A stretch of DNA of 64,000 nucleotides. Source: Histomonas meleagridis 2922-C6/04-290x. Taxonomy: Eukaryota; Protista; Parabasalia. The notes beneath the pieces are model-generated. The model had not been told where the DNA came from. It was given only the letters and a program-made list of their open reading frames with translations, and made no database searches. Location: assembly GCA_020184695.1 (NCBI GenBank), contig JAANOX010000055.1, positions 124,001 through 188,000 of the forward strand, in the 5' to 3' direction. Positions 1 to 12,861 of this stretch are shown here, piece after piece (the first letter of the stretch is position 1; each line of letters begins with the position of its first letter). Made by a program: the position numbers and the translations under genes.

Positions 1-2636
1 ATTCAAATATTGTAAGTAACAGAAATAATTTTTATCTTCCACACAAACAAGAAGAAGAAAAGAAGGAATTGAATACATATTTTTATCAAAATGAATATGA
101 AATACTTTTCAATGGAATATCCAAAGAATTTTACTCATTTTTTCGAACAAGTTTTTCTAAGATTTTCAATTTTTCAAACGAAAGAGGATTTTTCACACGA
201 AATGGAATAAAATATAACATAAATAATGAAATTTTCAATTTATTCAAGACTTTTTTTCGAATAATTTTTAATTTTATGATAGTTTTTCAAGAGAATTTTG
301 AATTTTTCAACATTCTTTTTCTTTTCAACTTCATTAATAAAAGAGATAAATATTTTAACGAAAAAATTCGAAATAAAAATAATAACGAAAAAATAAATAC
401 ATTTTTATTTCTACTTTTTATTGGATATAGTCTTGAAATATATTATGAAGGTAATCAAAGTCTTATAATTGAAAGCGAAGAAGATTTTGAAGATTTCCAT
501 AAAGAAGAAGCGATATCTCTTTTTATCTATTGTGATATTTATGAAATTCCAGAATCAAGTTTTTCAAGATGTAATTTAGTTCAAAGTGTTTATATTGGTG
601 ATAATATTATAAGTATTGGTTATTCTTCATTTTACCAATGTTCTAATTTAACGAGTGTTTTTATATTGGTAATAAAAGTTAAATATATTAGAGATACAGC
701 ATTTTATTCATGTATTAACTTAAAAGAAATTAATATTCCGAACTCAGTTGAAACTATTGCGACATATGTATTTTATCGGTGTTCTAATTTAATAAGTATT
801 ATTTTAGGCGAAAGTGTTTCATCAATTGGGACGAGTGCATTTTCATCATGTACCAAATTAAAATATATTTATATTCCATCATCAGTTACAAAGATATCAA
901 AAGAAGTATTTTCATCATGTCAATCACTTGAAAATATTAATATTTCTAAAGATAATTCATATTTTTCTAATTATTATAATGATGGGGTTTTCTATGATAA
1001 ACATATTACAATAATTTATAAATATCCGTTAGGGAAACCAGACGAAACATATTCAATTCCGAACACAGTTTCCACTATTTCAAGTGATACATTTTCATAT
1101 TGTGATAGTTTAAAATATATTACAATTCCAACATCAGTTACAAATATTGGAGAATCAGCATTTTCATATTGTGATAATTTAGAATATGTTAAAATGAATT
1201 CGAATATTTCAGTTATTAATAAACGATTATTTTCAGAATGTTCCAAATTAAAAGAAATTTTATTACCAACAACGATCACATCGATTGGAGATTCTTCATT
1301 TTATCAATGTTCTAAATTATATGAAATTATCATTCCAAAATCAGTTCAAAATATTGGAGATTCTTCATTTTCAGGATGTAGTAATTTAAGTAATATTGAA
1401 ATTTTAGGGAATAATTTAACGAGTATTGGAGAATCAGCATTTTCATCATGTAGTAATTTGAAATATATAAATCTTCCTAATTCAGTTACTAATATTGGAA
1501 CGTCAGCATTTTCATCATGTTCTACATTAGAATATATTGAAATAAATTCAAATCTTTCTGAAATTTCCGATTCTTTATTTCGACTTTGTTTCAATTTAAT
1601 TAACATTACAATTCCAGAAACAGTTATAACGATTGGAAGATATTCATTTTCAAATTGTTATAGTTTAAAAGATATTACAATTCCAGAAACAGTTATAACT
1701 ATTGGAACATATTCATTTTCATATTGTGATGGTTTAAAATATATTACAATTCCAACATCAGTTACAAATATTGGAGAATCAGCATTTTCATATTGTGATA
1801 ATTTAGAACATATTAAAATGAATTCAAATATTTCAGTTATTAATAAACGATTATTTTCATGATGTTCCAAATTAAAAGAAATTTTATTACCAAAATCAGT
1901 TCGAAATATTGGAGATTCTTCATTTTCAGGATGTAGTAATTTAAGTAATATTGAAATTTTTAGGGAATAATTTAACGAGTATTGGAGAATCAGCATTTTT
2001 CATCATGTAGTAATTTGAAATATATAAATCTTCCTAATTCAGTTACTAATATTGGAGCGTTAGCATTTTCATTATGTTCTACATTAGAATGTATTGAAAT
2101 AAATTCAAATCTTTCTGAAATTTCCGATTCTTTATTTCGACTTTGTTTCAATTTAAATAATATCACTATTCCAGAAACAGTTATAACTATTGGAAGATAT
2201 TCATTTTTATCATGTCAAAATTTAATCAATATTAATATTCCGAACTCAGTTACGCAACTTCGTGAATACTCATTTTTATCATGTTCCAATCTTCACACTA
2301 TTACTCTTGGGACACAATTAACGAATATTGAAAATTATGCATTTTTCATCATGTAAGAAACTTGAATGTATTTATTTTTATGGTGAAAGAGAACCGATCA
2401 TCAGTTCTACAGCATTTTCAGGTGTTCCGCTGCGAATTGTTATGACGAGTGAAAGATATTGTAATTCTACGTTTGGTCCATTCAATGTTTCGAATGGTAT
2501 CATCATTGCAGAATGTCTTCCAACGACAGAAACATTTTCACAATCGAACACATTTACTAAATCGAACACATTTACTAAATCGAACACATTTTCGCCATTG
2601 AACACATTTACTAAATCGAACACATTTGCACAATCG
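1..2636 (+). repeat. Left arm of inverted duplication (pairs with 4625-7298)
   Basis: Base 1 onward is the reverse complement of 7298 downward. Identity ends at GCACAATCG (2636 vs 4625). The outer end lies beyond the window edge. Confidence 0.95.
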
Positions 2637-3104
2637 CTTCCGGATGGCGCAAGTTTTTTACTTACTGTTTCATATACTGAATTTATTTCATATACTCAAA
2701 CACTTTCTGTATCAAATTCTATTCTCCACACTCGTTCTTTTACGTTATTTGGTGCTTCACAAACGTATGTTATTACCGAAAACATTTATTATGAATATAC
2801 AATTATATATTACACAACATACTATAGTTATTACATGAGTTTCTTTACGATTGTGTATTCATATGATGCAATTAAAAATGGAATGTCAACAGGTGCACTC
2901 ATTGGTATAATATGTGGTTCCGTTGCATTTGTTTTCTTCGTCATTACAATTACGATTTTGCTGGTGAGAAGTAATAAGAAAAAAGAAAATTCTTCAAATA
3001 AATTGGAATTCAAAGATACTACAAACTCAGAAACTCCTTTGTTCGAAGAAGTGAATAATGAAATTGAGAGTTTGGCTAAAGAAGATGAAGACCAATGGAT
3101 ATGA
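393..3104 (+). pseudogene. BspA-like leucine-rich-repeat (LRR_5) type I membrane protein, copy A, interrupted
   Basis: ~23-aa repeats (xIPxSVTxIGxxAFxxCxxL) across ORFs 69-1862, 1982-2356 and 2328-3104, then an S/T stalk, a TM helix (ALIGIICGSVAFVFFVITITILLV) and an acidic tail. The signal-like segment NTFLFLLFIGYS follows ATA (393-395), not ATG. In-frame TGA at 1860-1862 plus homopolymer frameshifts. Confidence 0.85.
2532..2636 (+). repeat. 18-nt coding minisatellite (TFTKSN/TFSPLN/TFAQS units), 6 units
   Basis: Repeated ACATTT(A/T)C...CGAAC units; translation TFSQSN TFTKSN TFTKSN TFSPLN TFTKSN TFAQS. Confidence 0.9.
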
Positions 3105-4105
3105 TGAAAAATGATTATCATAAAACATGATTTCATGAAATTTTTATTATGAATATTAATATGCATATTATGTGAATTAGTTTTTAACGTTTTGAGATAT
3201 TTTAAAGTAAATAAAGGAAAAGTTTAAAATTTTATGAGAAGTTGATTTTTGTTTTAACTTTCTCAAACAAAAAATTAATAATATTTAATAGTAATTATTT
3301 TTTCTATCAAAGTCATAAAATGTTGTAATTGCTGGTAATGAATTCTGAAATTTACATTTGCTACTTTTGGCTGTATCCACTTTTTGAATAATATCACTTT
3401 TTTAAGGATAACTTTTTCTAAGTATAACCGCTTATATGATCAAACAAGAAACTTCAAAAACAGGAAAGAAAAGTTTTAAATTAAAACTTTAAAATCTAAT
3501 ATTGCTCACAACAAAATCATAAATAAAACTAATATTACACATTTATAAAAAATTTTTTTACATGATGATTTTATACATGTAATATAAATTAAATGCAGTA
3601 TACTAGATAAAAAACAAAGTTTCAAAATTTTGAAATTATTGATTTTTGTGACTTTGAAATTTGTTTAATTATGATACTCAAAATCATATAAAAATGAAAA
3701 ATTATAAATATCGTTTAAAACAAACCAAGAATATCAAAATATAACTTCAAAATCATGTGCTCTATTATTGATGTAATTAAATTGCATTAACACGTTCATG
3801 GCGTAGAGAGAAGAAACACCATTTAGAGAGCAAAAGTGAAATTCTTGCTAAAATATTTTAATACATAATAAAGCACAATACCTTCATGGAGAAAGCATCT
3901 AAAATGAGGAAGAAAAAATGAAACTTTCTTGTCAAAAGTGAAATTTATCCTTTTTCATTCAGATTATTATTTAATAATTTTAACCAACCTCTTCACACAA
4001 CATCAAGTAGCACCTTTTCACACTGAGTAATTAAGTGTTACTTGATAAAATTATATAAAAAAACATAATTAAACGTCGGCTTTTTATTCATTAGAATTGA
4101 TCTAA

Positions 4106-6906
4106 TTAAATTTGTTCAATAAAGTTATCTTCTTTAAAATCATTTGCAAATGGATCATCTTCGATATTTTTCATTTGCAGTTCAGATGTAAATGTTGTCA
4201 CTGTATCATTTTCTTTTTCTTCTTCAACGTTACTAGATTCAACATCATTTGTTTGCTTTTTATTTCGTAGTTTAATTAACAATATAATAAGCAAAACAAC
4301 AACAATGATTATAATTACAACAACGACGCAAACAACAATAATAATATTCGTATTATCATTGTTAACAAATTCATTTATATAAAAAACAGTGAAAATATCA
4401 GAATAAACACTATAATAAGTAGAATATATTACAATAGTATAATCATAATAAATGAATTCGGTTATAATATAAGTGAACATTGAATTAATAACAGAAAGAG
4501 AATATGAATTTGTTGGAAAAGTTGAGAAAACACTTAAAGTTTGCGTATAGGATAATGAATATGTCAAAATAAATGAATGAGTTATAGTTATCGCAGAATT
4601 TGATTTTGAATATGAAATGGTGTTCGATTGTGCAAATGTGTTCAATGGCGAAAATGTGTTCGATTTAGTAAATGTGTTCAATGGCGAAAATGTGTTCGAT
4701 TTAGTAAATGTGTTCGATTTAGTAAATGTGTTCGATTTAGTAAATGTGTTCGATTGTGAAAATGTTTCTGTCGTTGGAAGACATTCTGCAATGATGATAC
4801 CATTCGAAACATTGAATGGACCAAACGTAGAATTACAATATCTTTCACTCGTCATAACAATTCGCAGCGGAACACCTGAAAATGCTGTAGAACTGATGAT
4901 CGGTTCTCTTTCACCATAAAAATAAATACATTCAAGTTTCTTACATGATGAAAATGCATAATTTTCAATATTCGTTAATTGTGTCCCAAGAGTAATAGTG
5001 TGAAGATTGGAACATGATAAAAATGAGTATTCACGAAGTTGCGTAACTGAGTTCGGAATATTAATATTGATTAAATTTTGACATGATAAAAATGAATATC
5101 TTCCAATAGTTATAACTGTTTCTGGAATAGTGATATTATTTAAATTGAAACAAAGTCGAAATAAAGAATCGGAAATTTCAGAAAGATTTGAATTTATTTC
5201 AATACATTCTAATGTAGAACATAATGAAAATGCTAACGCTCCAATATTAGTAACTGAATTAGGAAGATTTATATATTTCAAATTACTACATGATGAAAAT
5301 GCTGATTCTCCAATACTCGTTAAATTATTCCCTAAAATTTCAATATTACTTAAATTACTACATCCTGAAAATGAAGAATCTCCAATATTTCGAACTGATT
5401 TTGGTAATAAAATTTCTTTTAATTTGGAACATCATGAAAATAATCGTTTATTAATAACTGAAATATTTGAATTCATTTTAATATGTTCTAAATTATCACA
5501 ATATGAAAATGCTGATTCTCCAATATTTGTAACTGATGTTGGAATTGTAATATATTTTTAAAACCATCACAATATGAAAATGAATATGTTCCAATAGTTA
5601 TAACTGTTTCTGGAATTGTAATATCTTTTTAAACTATAACAATTTGAAAATGAATATCTTCCAATCGTTATAACTGTTTCTGGAATTGTAATGTTAATTA
5701 AATTGAAACAAAGTCGAAATAAAGAATCGGAAATTTCAGAAAGATTTGAATTTATTTCAATATATTCTAATGTAGAACATGATGAAAATGCTGACGTTCC
5801 AATATTAGTAACTGAATTAGGAAGATTTATATATTTCAAATTACTACATGATGAAAATGCTGATTCTCCAATACTCGTTAAATTATTCCCTAAAATTTCA
5901 ATATTACTTAAATTACTACATCCTGAAAATGAAGAATCTCCAATATTTTGAACTGATTTTGGAATGATAATTTTCATATAATTTAGAACATTGATAAAAT
6001 GAAGAATCTCCAATCGATGTGATCGTTGTTGGTAATAAAATTTCTTTTTAATTTGGAACATTCTGAAAATAATCGTTTATTAATAACTGAAATATTCGAA
6101 TTCATTTTTAACATATTCTAAATTATCACAATATGAAAATGCTGATTCTCCAATATTTGTAACTGATGTTGGAATTGTAATATATTTTAAACTATCACAA
6201 TATGAAAATGTATCACTTGAAATAGTGGAAACTGTGTTCGGAATTGAATATGTTTCGTCTGGTTTCCCTAACGGATATTTATAAATTATTGTAATATGTT
6301 TATCATAGAAAACCCCATCATTATAATAATTAGAAAAATATGAATTATCTTTAGAAATATTAATATTTTCAAGTGATTGACATGATGAAAATACTTCTTT
6401 CAATATATTTGTAACTGAAGAAGGAATATAAAAATATTTTAAATTTGTACATGATGAAAATGCACTCGTCCCAATTGATGAAACACTTTCGCCTAAAATA
6501 ATACTTATTAAATTAGAACACCGATAAAATACATATGTCGCAATAGTTTCAACTGAGTTCGGAATATTAATTTCTTTTAAGTTAATACATGAATAAAATG
6601 CTGTATCTCTAATATATTTAACTTTATTACCAATAAAAACACTCGTTAAATTAGAACATTGGTAAAATGAAGAATAACCAATACTTATAATATTATCACC
6701 AATATAAACACTTTGAACTAAATTACATCTTGAAAAACTTGATTCTGGAATTTCATAAATATCACAATAGATAAAAAGAGAGATATCGCTTCTTCTTTAT
6801 GGAAATCTTCAAAATCTTCTTCGCTTTCAATTATAAGACTTTGATTACCTTCATAATATATTTCAAGACTATATCCAATAAAAAGTAGAAATAAAAATGT
6901 ATTTAT
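4106..6906 (-). pseudogene. BspA-like LRR type I membrane protein, copy B, interrupted
   Basis: Reverse-complement copy of the copy-A LRR region (ORFs 6080-6403, 5567-6061, 4106-5281) with a different stalk, TM (IIIVVCVVVVIIIIVVVLLIILLI) and tail (DDPFANDFKEDNFIEQI). Has the same ATA (6906-6904) and TGA (5434-5432) as copy A. Confidence 0.85.
4622..4765 (-). repeat. 18-nt coding minisatellite, 8 units
   Basis: TFSQSN TFTKSN x3 TFSPLN TFTKSN TFSPLN TFAQSN in ORF 4106-5281. Confidence 0.9.
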
Positions 6907-7298
6907 TTTTTCGTTATTATTTTTATTTCGAATTTTTTCGTTAAAATATTTATCTCTTTTATTAATGAAGTTGAAAAGAAAAAGAATGTTGAAAAATTCA
7001 AAATTCTCTTGAAAAACTATCATAAAATTAAAAATTATTCGAAAAAAAGTCTTGAATAAATTGAAAATTTCATTATTTATGTTATATTTTATTCCATTTC
7101 GTGTGAAAAATCCTCTTTCGTTTGAAAAATTGAAAATCTTAGAAAAACTTGTTCGAAAAAATGAGTAAAATTCTTTGGATATTCCATTGAAAAGTATTTC
7201 ATATTCATTTTGATAAAAATATGTATTCAATTCCTTCTTTTCTTCTTCTTGTTTGTGTGGAAGATAAAAATTATTTCTGTTACTTACAATATTTGAAT
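4625..7298 (-). repeat. Right arm of inverted duplication (pairs with 1-2636)
   Basis: Near-identical reverse complement of 1-2636, with small indels and one substitution patch. Confidence 0.95.
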
Positions 7299-8089
7299 TA
7301 TTTGATACAAAATTAATAAATAAATAGATGCCAGCTAAAAGGAACTTCATGTGTTAATAGGATTGGAAGGTCGAAATGCAATATAACACAGAAAAAAACT
7401 CGTTTTTTTGAGAAAACGCGACCGTTATGATCAGGGGAGGACCAGATTTTAGTATTACGGTTATGTTGTTGTTCTGTCGTTTGGCTGTTGAGATTTGAAT
7501 GTTTTTTGCTTCTTGGATTTATGAAATAACCGTGGAATGATATAGAAAAAGTTGTAAAAAGTTCATGGTGTATTACCAATGGTTTTATTCAAAATAAACG
7601 GTCACCAAAAACCATGGAGCACTCAATAAGCAAAATAAACCATAGAAATATAAAAATTGTGTACGAAGACTCTTCATGAAATTCCACTGGATTTTATTTT
7701 TATGGAAACCTTGGTGAGTAGGTATAAATTCTGTATTTTCATGGAAGTTATTTTTTTTCGAATTCACTGTTGGATGTAAATGTTTCAATTTCTAGATTTA
7801 TTTATTTTTTTTTTATTTTATTTTACAACTTTATTTGAAAGATCTAACAAATGATAGTAAAATATATCAAATTTTATCAAGGTGATATTAGAATATCACA
7901 AAAATAAAATCATGTGATCACATTCCATAAAATTTACAGTTTTAATACTGATATATTAATTTTATATTAAGTCATATCAATTCATGTTTCCAAGAGAGAA
8001 AAATCTCATTTTTGCAGTCTGGAAATATAAAATTTTCATTTATTCTTTTTGTAATAACTTCATTTAAACTTATTTCTTGATAACACTTT

Positions 8090-9949
8090 TTATTGATCAT
8101 TTGCGTTATGTATAATTTTTAGCATTTCATCAGTCAATTTCTTTGTTTCATTGAGTTTCTTATTCATCAAATCGTCATCATTCTTCGTAATTGCTTCTTC
8201 CAACTCGTCTATTTTTCCTTTAATTTTTGTCACCAAATCATTTGGTAACAATTTCTCATATTCCGTCATATTTCTATTTGCATTTATAATGAAGTTCTCC
8301 AAATCCATTTTCTTCTCAATCAGTAATCTATTTTGTGTATCTTCTTTCTCATGTATCTTTGCGTCTTCGATCATCTTCGATATTTGTTCAGTACTTAATC
8401 CATTATTTTGTTTGATTTCGATCTTTTCTTCTTTTCCACTTTGTTCATGTTTAGCTGATACGTGTAAAATAGAATTCGCATCGACTTCGAAGCTGACATT
8501 AATCTTCGGTATTCCGCGTGGAAGTGGTGGAATTCCGGACAACGTAAAGTCTCCGATTAACTTATTACCGGATACAAGTTCACGTTCGCCTTGATAAACT
8601 CGAATTCCGACTTTAGTTTGTCCATCGACTCCAGTCGAAAATGTTTCAGTCGTCTTTGTAGGAACAACAGTATTACGTGGGATTAATGGCGCAAAGATTC
8701 CGCCCATTGTTTCGATTCCTAATGATAACGGAGTTACGTCCAATAAAATTAATTGGTTCAAGTTCCCTTGTAATACTGAGCCTTGAATCGCTGCACCAAT
8801 TGCTACAACTTCGTCTGGATTAACTCCGGTGAATGGCTCCTTCCTAAAGAAATTACGGACAATGTTTAGGACTGATGGAGTACGCGTCATTCCGCCAACC
8901 ATTATGACTTCGTTGATTTGATCAGGTGTAAGTTGCGCATCTTTAAGACAGTTGGCACATGGTGTTATAGTGCGCTGTAATAAATGACGTGTCATGGTTT
9001 CATATTCAGTCCGTTTGAGACTCATCTTAAGATGTTTGGAGCCAGATGATGTGGAACAGATATATGGCAAATGGATTTCAGTTTCAAGCATAGTCGATAA
9101 TTCAACTTTGGCTTTTTCGGCAGCTTCGCGGATGCGCTGCATTGCAATTAAATCTTTACTAAGATCAATATGTTCGTTGGATTTAAAAGTTTTGATAATG
9201 TGTTGAATTATGACATCATCAAAATCTTCGCCGCCAAGAAAAGTATCCCCATTCGTGGCTTTGACTTCAAATATACCATCATCACTGATCTCTAAAATGG
9301 AAATATCAAAAGTTCCTCCGCCAAGATCAAATACTGCAACGGTTTGGCCGCGCTTTTTCTCAACACCATAGGCTAAAGCTGCAGCCGTTGGCTCATTGAT
9401 GATACGAGAAACTTTAAGACCGGCAATTTTGCCTGCATCTTTTGTGGCTTGACGTTGTGAATCATTAAAATAAGCTGGAACTGTAACTACAGCATTAGTA
9501 ACTTCTTTTCCAATATAACTTTCGGCAGTTTTCTTCATGGTTTGAAGTATAAAAGCACCAATTTGTGATGGTGAGTATAATTTTGATTTGGCATCTTGAA
9601 CCCAAACTTGATCATCCTTTTCAACAATGTTATATGGAACCATTTGTTTGGATTTGGTTACCATAGGATCATCATAACGTCGACCAATTATTCTTTTGGT
9701 AGCAAAAAATGTAGAATGTGGGTTAGTAATCATTTGACGCTTTGCCTGGTTTCCTACAATCATTTTTCCTTTTTCGTTAAAAGCAATAACAGAAGGGGTT
9801 GTTCTTGATCCATCAATTGCTGAAATAACTTTTGGTTTTCCGGCCTCAACAATAGCAACACATGAATTTGTTGTGCCAAGATCAATACCAACTATTGGGG
9901 AAGTTGCCTTGGAAAATAAATGTGAATGTTTTGATAAAGCTTTTATCAT
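8090..9949 (-). CDS. HSP70: Mitochondrial-type (hydrogenosomal) Hsp70/DnaK
   Basis: [38 protein letters not shown] and mt-type YSPSQI motifs; no C-terminal EEVD. Start placed at [13 protein letters not shown] (presequence-like); upstream ATGs exist. Confidence 0.93.
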   Translation of the reverse strand: MIKALSKHSHLFSKATSPIVGIDLGTTNSCVAIVEAGKPKVISAIDGSRTTPSVIAFNEKGKMIVGNQAKRQMITNPHSTFFATKRIIGRRYDDPMVTKSKQMVPYNIVEKDDQVWVQDAKSKLYSPSQIGAFILQTMKKTAESYIGKEVTNAVVTVPAYFNDSQRQATKDAGKIAGLKVSRIINEPTAAALAYGVEKKRGQTVAVFDLGGGTFDISILEISDDGIFEVKATNGDTFLGGEDFDDVIIQHIIKTFKSNEHIDLSKDLIAMQRIREAAEKAKVELSTMLETEIHLPYICSTSSGSKHLKMSLKRTEYETMTRHLLQRTITPCANCLKDAQLTPDQINEVIMVGGMTRTPSVLNIVRNFFRKEPFTGVNPDEVVAIGAAIQGSVLQGNLNQLILLDVTPLSLGIETMGGIFAPLIPRNTVVPTKTTETFSTGVDGQTKVGIRVYQGERELVSGNKLIGDFTLSGIPPLPRGIPKINVSFEVDANSILHVSAKHEQSGKEEKIEIKQNNGLSTEQISKMIEDAKIHEKEDTQNRLLIEKKMDLENFIINANRNMTEYEKLLPNDLVTKIKGKIDELEEAITKNDDDLMNKKLNETKKLTDEMLKIIHNANDQ

Positions 9950-10083
9950 TTTGTTCGAGTCACTTTTCATCGTCACTCTTATCGTTCATTTGATTATTGA
10001 GCGATAGAATTTTCTGAAAAATGGACTCAATCAATTTTATCGTTTATTCATGTGAACTTAACGTTCTAAATGTACGTTTTTAT

Positions 10084-12861
10084 ATGGATGAAATCCATCA
10101 AAGAGATATATCTAAAATATTAGAAGAACTTCAAGATAAAATTAGAGCTGTAAATGAAAGATATTCCGAAAATCCAAATGATGAGAATTTAGCTATTGAA
10201 ATTCAAAAATTAATTGAAAATACAGATCAAGACTTACGACTAAAAATGCATGCAATGGTAAAATGCGAGTTTTCTAAATCCAAAATTCTTCCGCTTAATT
10301 ATAATCCTCCACCAATATCTAACATTTCACATAAAACAATAAACCAACCTTCTTTACCACCTCTTAGCACATCACAATCTCCTATTCCTAGAATAGTTAC
10401 ACCAAAAACAGAAAAGCCACAAACAATTATACCAATCACAACACAAAAATTTTCACCTATTCCAAATGGTCATTTACGAACACGAAAAATCTTTTCAGAT
10501 ACACCACATTTACCAAGGCCTAATGCACATGATCCTCAAGCTCCATTACCAGAAATTCCATCCAATGCAATTGATAAGTATGGTATTCAAGAACTTAATG
10601 AATCAGGTTTATTACCCAATGAAAACATCCAAGAACATTTTACAGGTCTTTTTACAGTTAATCCATATCTCTCAGACCATACTAAAATTCCATTTACACC
10701 AATGAACACATTTAAATTAGATGAAACAAATGAAATAACATCAAAAGAAGAAAGTCGACAATTTAATGAAGAAGAAGAAACAATAAAAGAAGAAATTACA
10801 CAAAAAGAAGAAGAAGAAACACCAAAAACATTAACAATCGAATTAATTAATGGAATTCCAAACGAAACATCAAATGAATACCAAATATTTAAATTACATA
10901 ATGCGTATCAATGGGAATCGATTTCCATTATCTTTAAAATGTTACAAAAGTATTGTGAAACGAAAGGATATCAAACGCAACATGTGAACACCGAATATTT
11001 ACTTGATTTATTAAAACTTTCACCCGATGAAATATATGAAGAAAAACTATCGAAATGTTTAATCGATAAAAATGTTATTACTAAACGATTTAAATATATT
11101 AACAAAACAGAAAATAATTCTGCGATAATAATACAATCAGTTTTTCGAGGTTATAATATACGAAAACGAATTCGTGAATATAAGAAACAAATTAAATCGA
11201 TTGGAATCATTAAAAATTGGTTTAAAACTCTTCAACAAATTCATAAATATCACAAAAAATTACAAAAATATCGAATAAACAATGAAAACAAATATAATGA
11301 AATCCAAACAAATTATCATTTCAATGAAAATGTTGAAGAAATTAATGTACAAATACATTTAATTAAAAGTTATGATTCAATTGAATTAGGTCGAATTGAA
11401 GAATTAATAATTAATCCGAACATTATATTAATTATATATTCGAATAAACCAATATCAACAATCATTTCGAATTATTTAAAAGAACATATTAACGACCAAG
11501 AAAAACTTTACTTCTTTACATCACAGTATAAATTACCAAATTGTTTAACGATTGAAGATAATTTTGCTTCGAATATTAACATAATAAATAGAATTAAAAA
11601 TATAACAAAAGATTATAAAACAATTTTAATTCCAACAAAATCCACAAAGTCATTAATAGAAATTAGCGTTAAAATTAATGCATTTATATTAGCTCCTAAT
11701 CCGAATATAATAAAAAACTTTTTAAAACAAAACATTTTATTGAAATTTGGTTTAATTTGTTCAAATGATATTAAAGGAAAAGAAATGTTCTTTAAAACAT
11801 TAATAAAATTGATTTTAAATAACCCAAATGTATTAAAATGGTTAATACATTATAATAATAATAAGAATTTTTGTTGGATTAATATTAATGACATTAAAAT
11901 CTTACAAAAAATGAAACAAAATTTAAACATTTTAACAAAAAATGAAATTAATGATGAAAATTTCCAACAAATTATTACAAATAACATCAAAAAAGAATTT
12001 AATAATATAATAAATTATTATAATAATAAACAAATTAAAAATTTTAACTTTAATTTATATTCATATATAGAATTTGTTCCGAATGAAATTGTTTCTTCTC
12101 CTTCAATAATATTTTATAAAGATCCGAACAATAACAAAATTAAAGTTAAAAGTACATTTGAAAATATTTTTATTTCGGAATTTAAAAAATTTGCAATAAT
12201 TTATCCATCGTTTACTATAACACCGAAAACATTAAAAGAAAAATCATTTGATATAATTAATGAATGTAAAGATTTAATTGGTTATAATTTAATTGATTTT
12301 TGGTATATAAATAATAACAACGAATTGAAATTAATTCCAAAAAATATTAAAATTTGTAAATATAATAAATTACTTCCAAAATTACTCATAAAAAACATTT
12401 TTAATGATATAAAAAATAAATTTTTTTATATACAAAAAAAAGTAATTTTCCCTTTAAATGTAAATATTGATGGAATTTATGAAATTTTAAGAAATAATAA
12501 TATAAAAGTTAAAGAAAATGTTTTCGTGTTACCAAATTTGATTAATGATAATTGCGTTGGTTTAATTGTTGTGGAAAATAACCCAGAAAATCTTTTGGAT
12601 TTGGTTTTGAATGTTTTAAATGTTTTCGTTGAGAAATTGTTTGATTTGTCATTCGATAAATGTAATGTTTTGTTCGAGTATAAAAATGCTGTGCAATTTG
12701 TGAGGGATCAAATCACAAATAAAAATGATGAAAATTATTCAATAGTTTTAATGGAGAAAAGAAATATATCTTTTGATTGTGATATTCGACAAAATGTTAA
12801 ATATAAAGATATAAAATTAGATCCAAATTGGAAAAATAATGAAAATGTTGTTAATAAATAA
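10084..12861 (+). CDS. IQ-motif protein, IQCH-like
   Basis: Long ORF with IQ motif IIIQSVFRGYNIRKRI and a Pro-rich N-terminus. First plausible ATG at 10084, head-to-head with Hsp70. The IQCH assignment is recollection of the family, not a search result. Confidence 0.7.
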   Translation: MDEIHQRDISKILEELQDKIRAVNERYSENPNDENLAIEIQKLIENTDQDLRLKMHAMVKCEFSKSKILPLNYNPPPISNISHKTINQPSLPPLSTSQSPIPRIVTPKTEKPQTIIPITTQKFSPIPNGHLRTRKIFSDTPHLPRPNAHDPQAPLPEIPSNAIDKYGIQELNESGLLPNENIQEHFTGLFTVNPYLSDHTKIPFTPMNTFKLDETNEITSKEESRQFNEEEETIKEEITQKEEEETPKTLTIELINGIPNETSNEYQIFKLHNAYQWESISIIFKMLQKYCETKGYQTQHVNTEYLLDLLKLSPDEIYEEKLSKCLIDKNVITKRFKYINKTENNSAIIIQSVFRGYNIRKRIREYKKQIKSIGIIKNWFKTLQQIHKYHKKLQKYRINNENKYNEIQTNYHFNENVEEINVQIHLIKSYDSIELGRIEELIINPNIILIIYSNKPISTIISNYLKEHINDQEKLYFFTSQYKLPNCLTIEDNFASNINIINRIKNITKDYKTILIPTKSTKSLIEISVKINAFILAPNPNIIKNFLKQNILLKFGLICSNDIKGKEMFFKTLIKLILNNPNVLKWLIHYNNNKNFCWININDIKILQKMKQNLNILTKNEINDENFQQIITNNIKKEFNNIINYYNNKQIKNFNFNLYSYIEFVPNEIVSSPSIIFYKDPNNNKIKVKSTFENIFISEFKKFAIIYPSFTITPKTLKEKSFDIINECKDLIGYNLIDFWYINNNNELKLIPKNIKICKYNKLLPKLLIKNIFNDIKNKFFYIQKKVIFPLNVNIDGIYEILRNNNIKVKENVFVLPNLINDNCVGLIVVENNPENLLDLVLNVLNVFVEKLFDLSFDKCNVLFEYKNAVQFVRDQITNKNDENYSIVLMEKRNISFDCDIRQNVKYKDIKLDPNWKNNENVVNK

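Noticed and set aside
69-392. N-terminal extension of BspA ORFs (69-392; 6907-7350)
   Set aside because: F/N/K/I-rich translation of AT-rich upstream DNA from TTG; not signal-like or domain-like.
1860-1862. TGA reassignment to a sense codon (in-frame TGA in BspA, DUF3447, transposase)
   Set aside because: TGA terminates intact genes (3104, 33632, 50037), long housekeeping ORFs have no internal TGA, and the decayed genes also contain TAA/TAG.
1016-5951. Antisense ORFs over the BspA repeats and other short shadow ORFs (e.g. 8151-8594, 20659-21117, 32570-32818)
   Set aside because: They overlap well-supported genes and have no recognisable motifs; expected from repetitive or biased codon usage.
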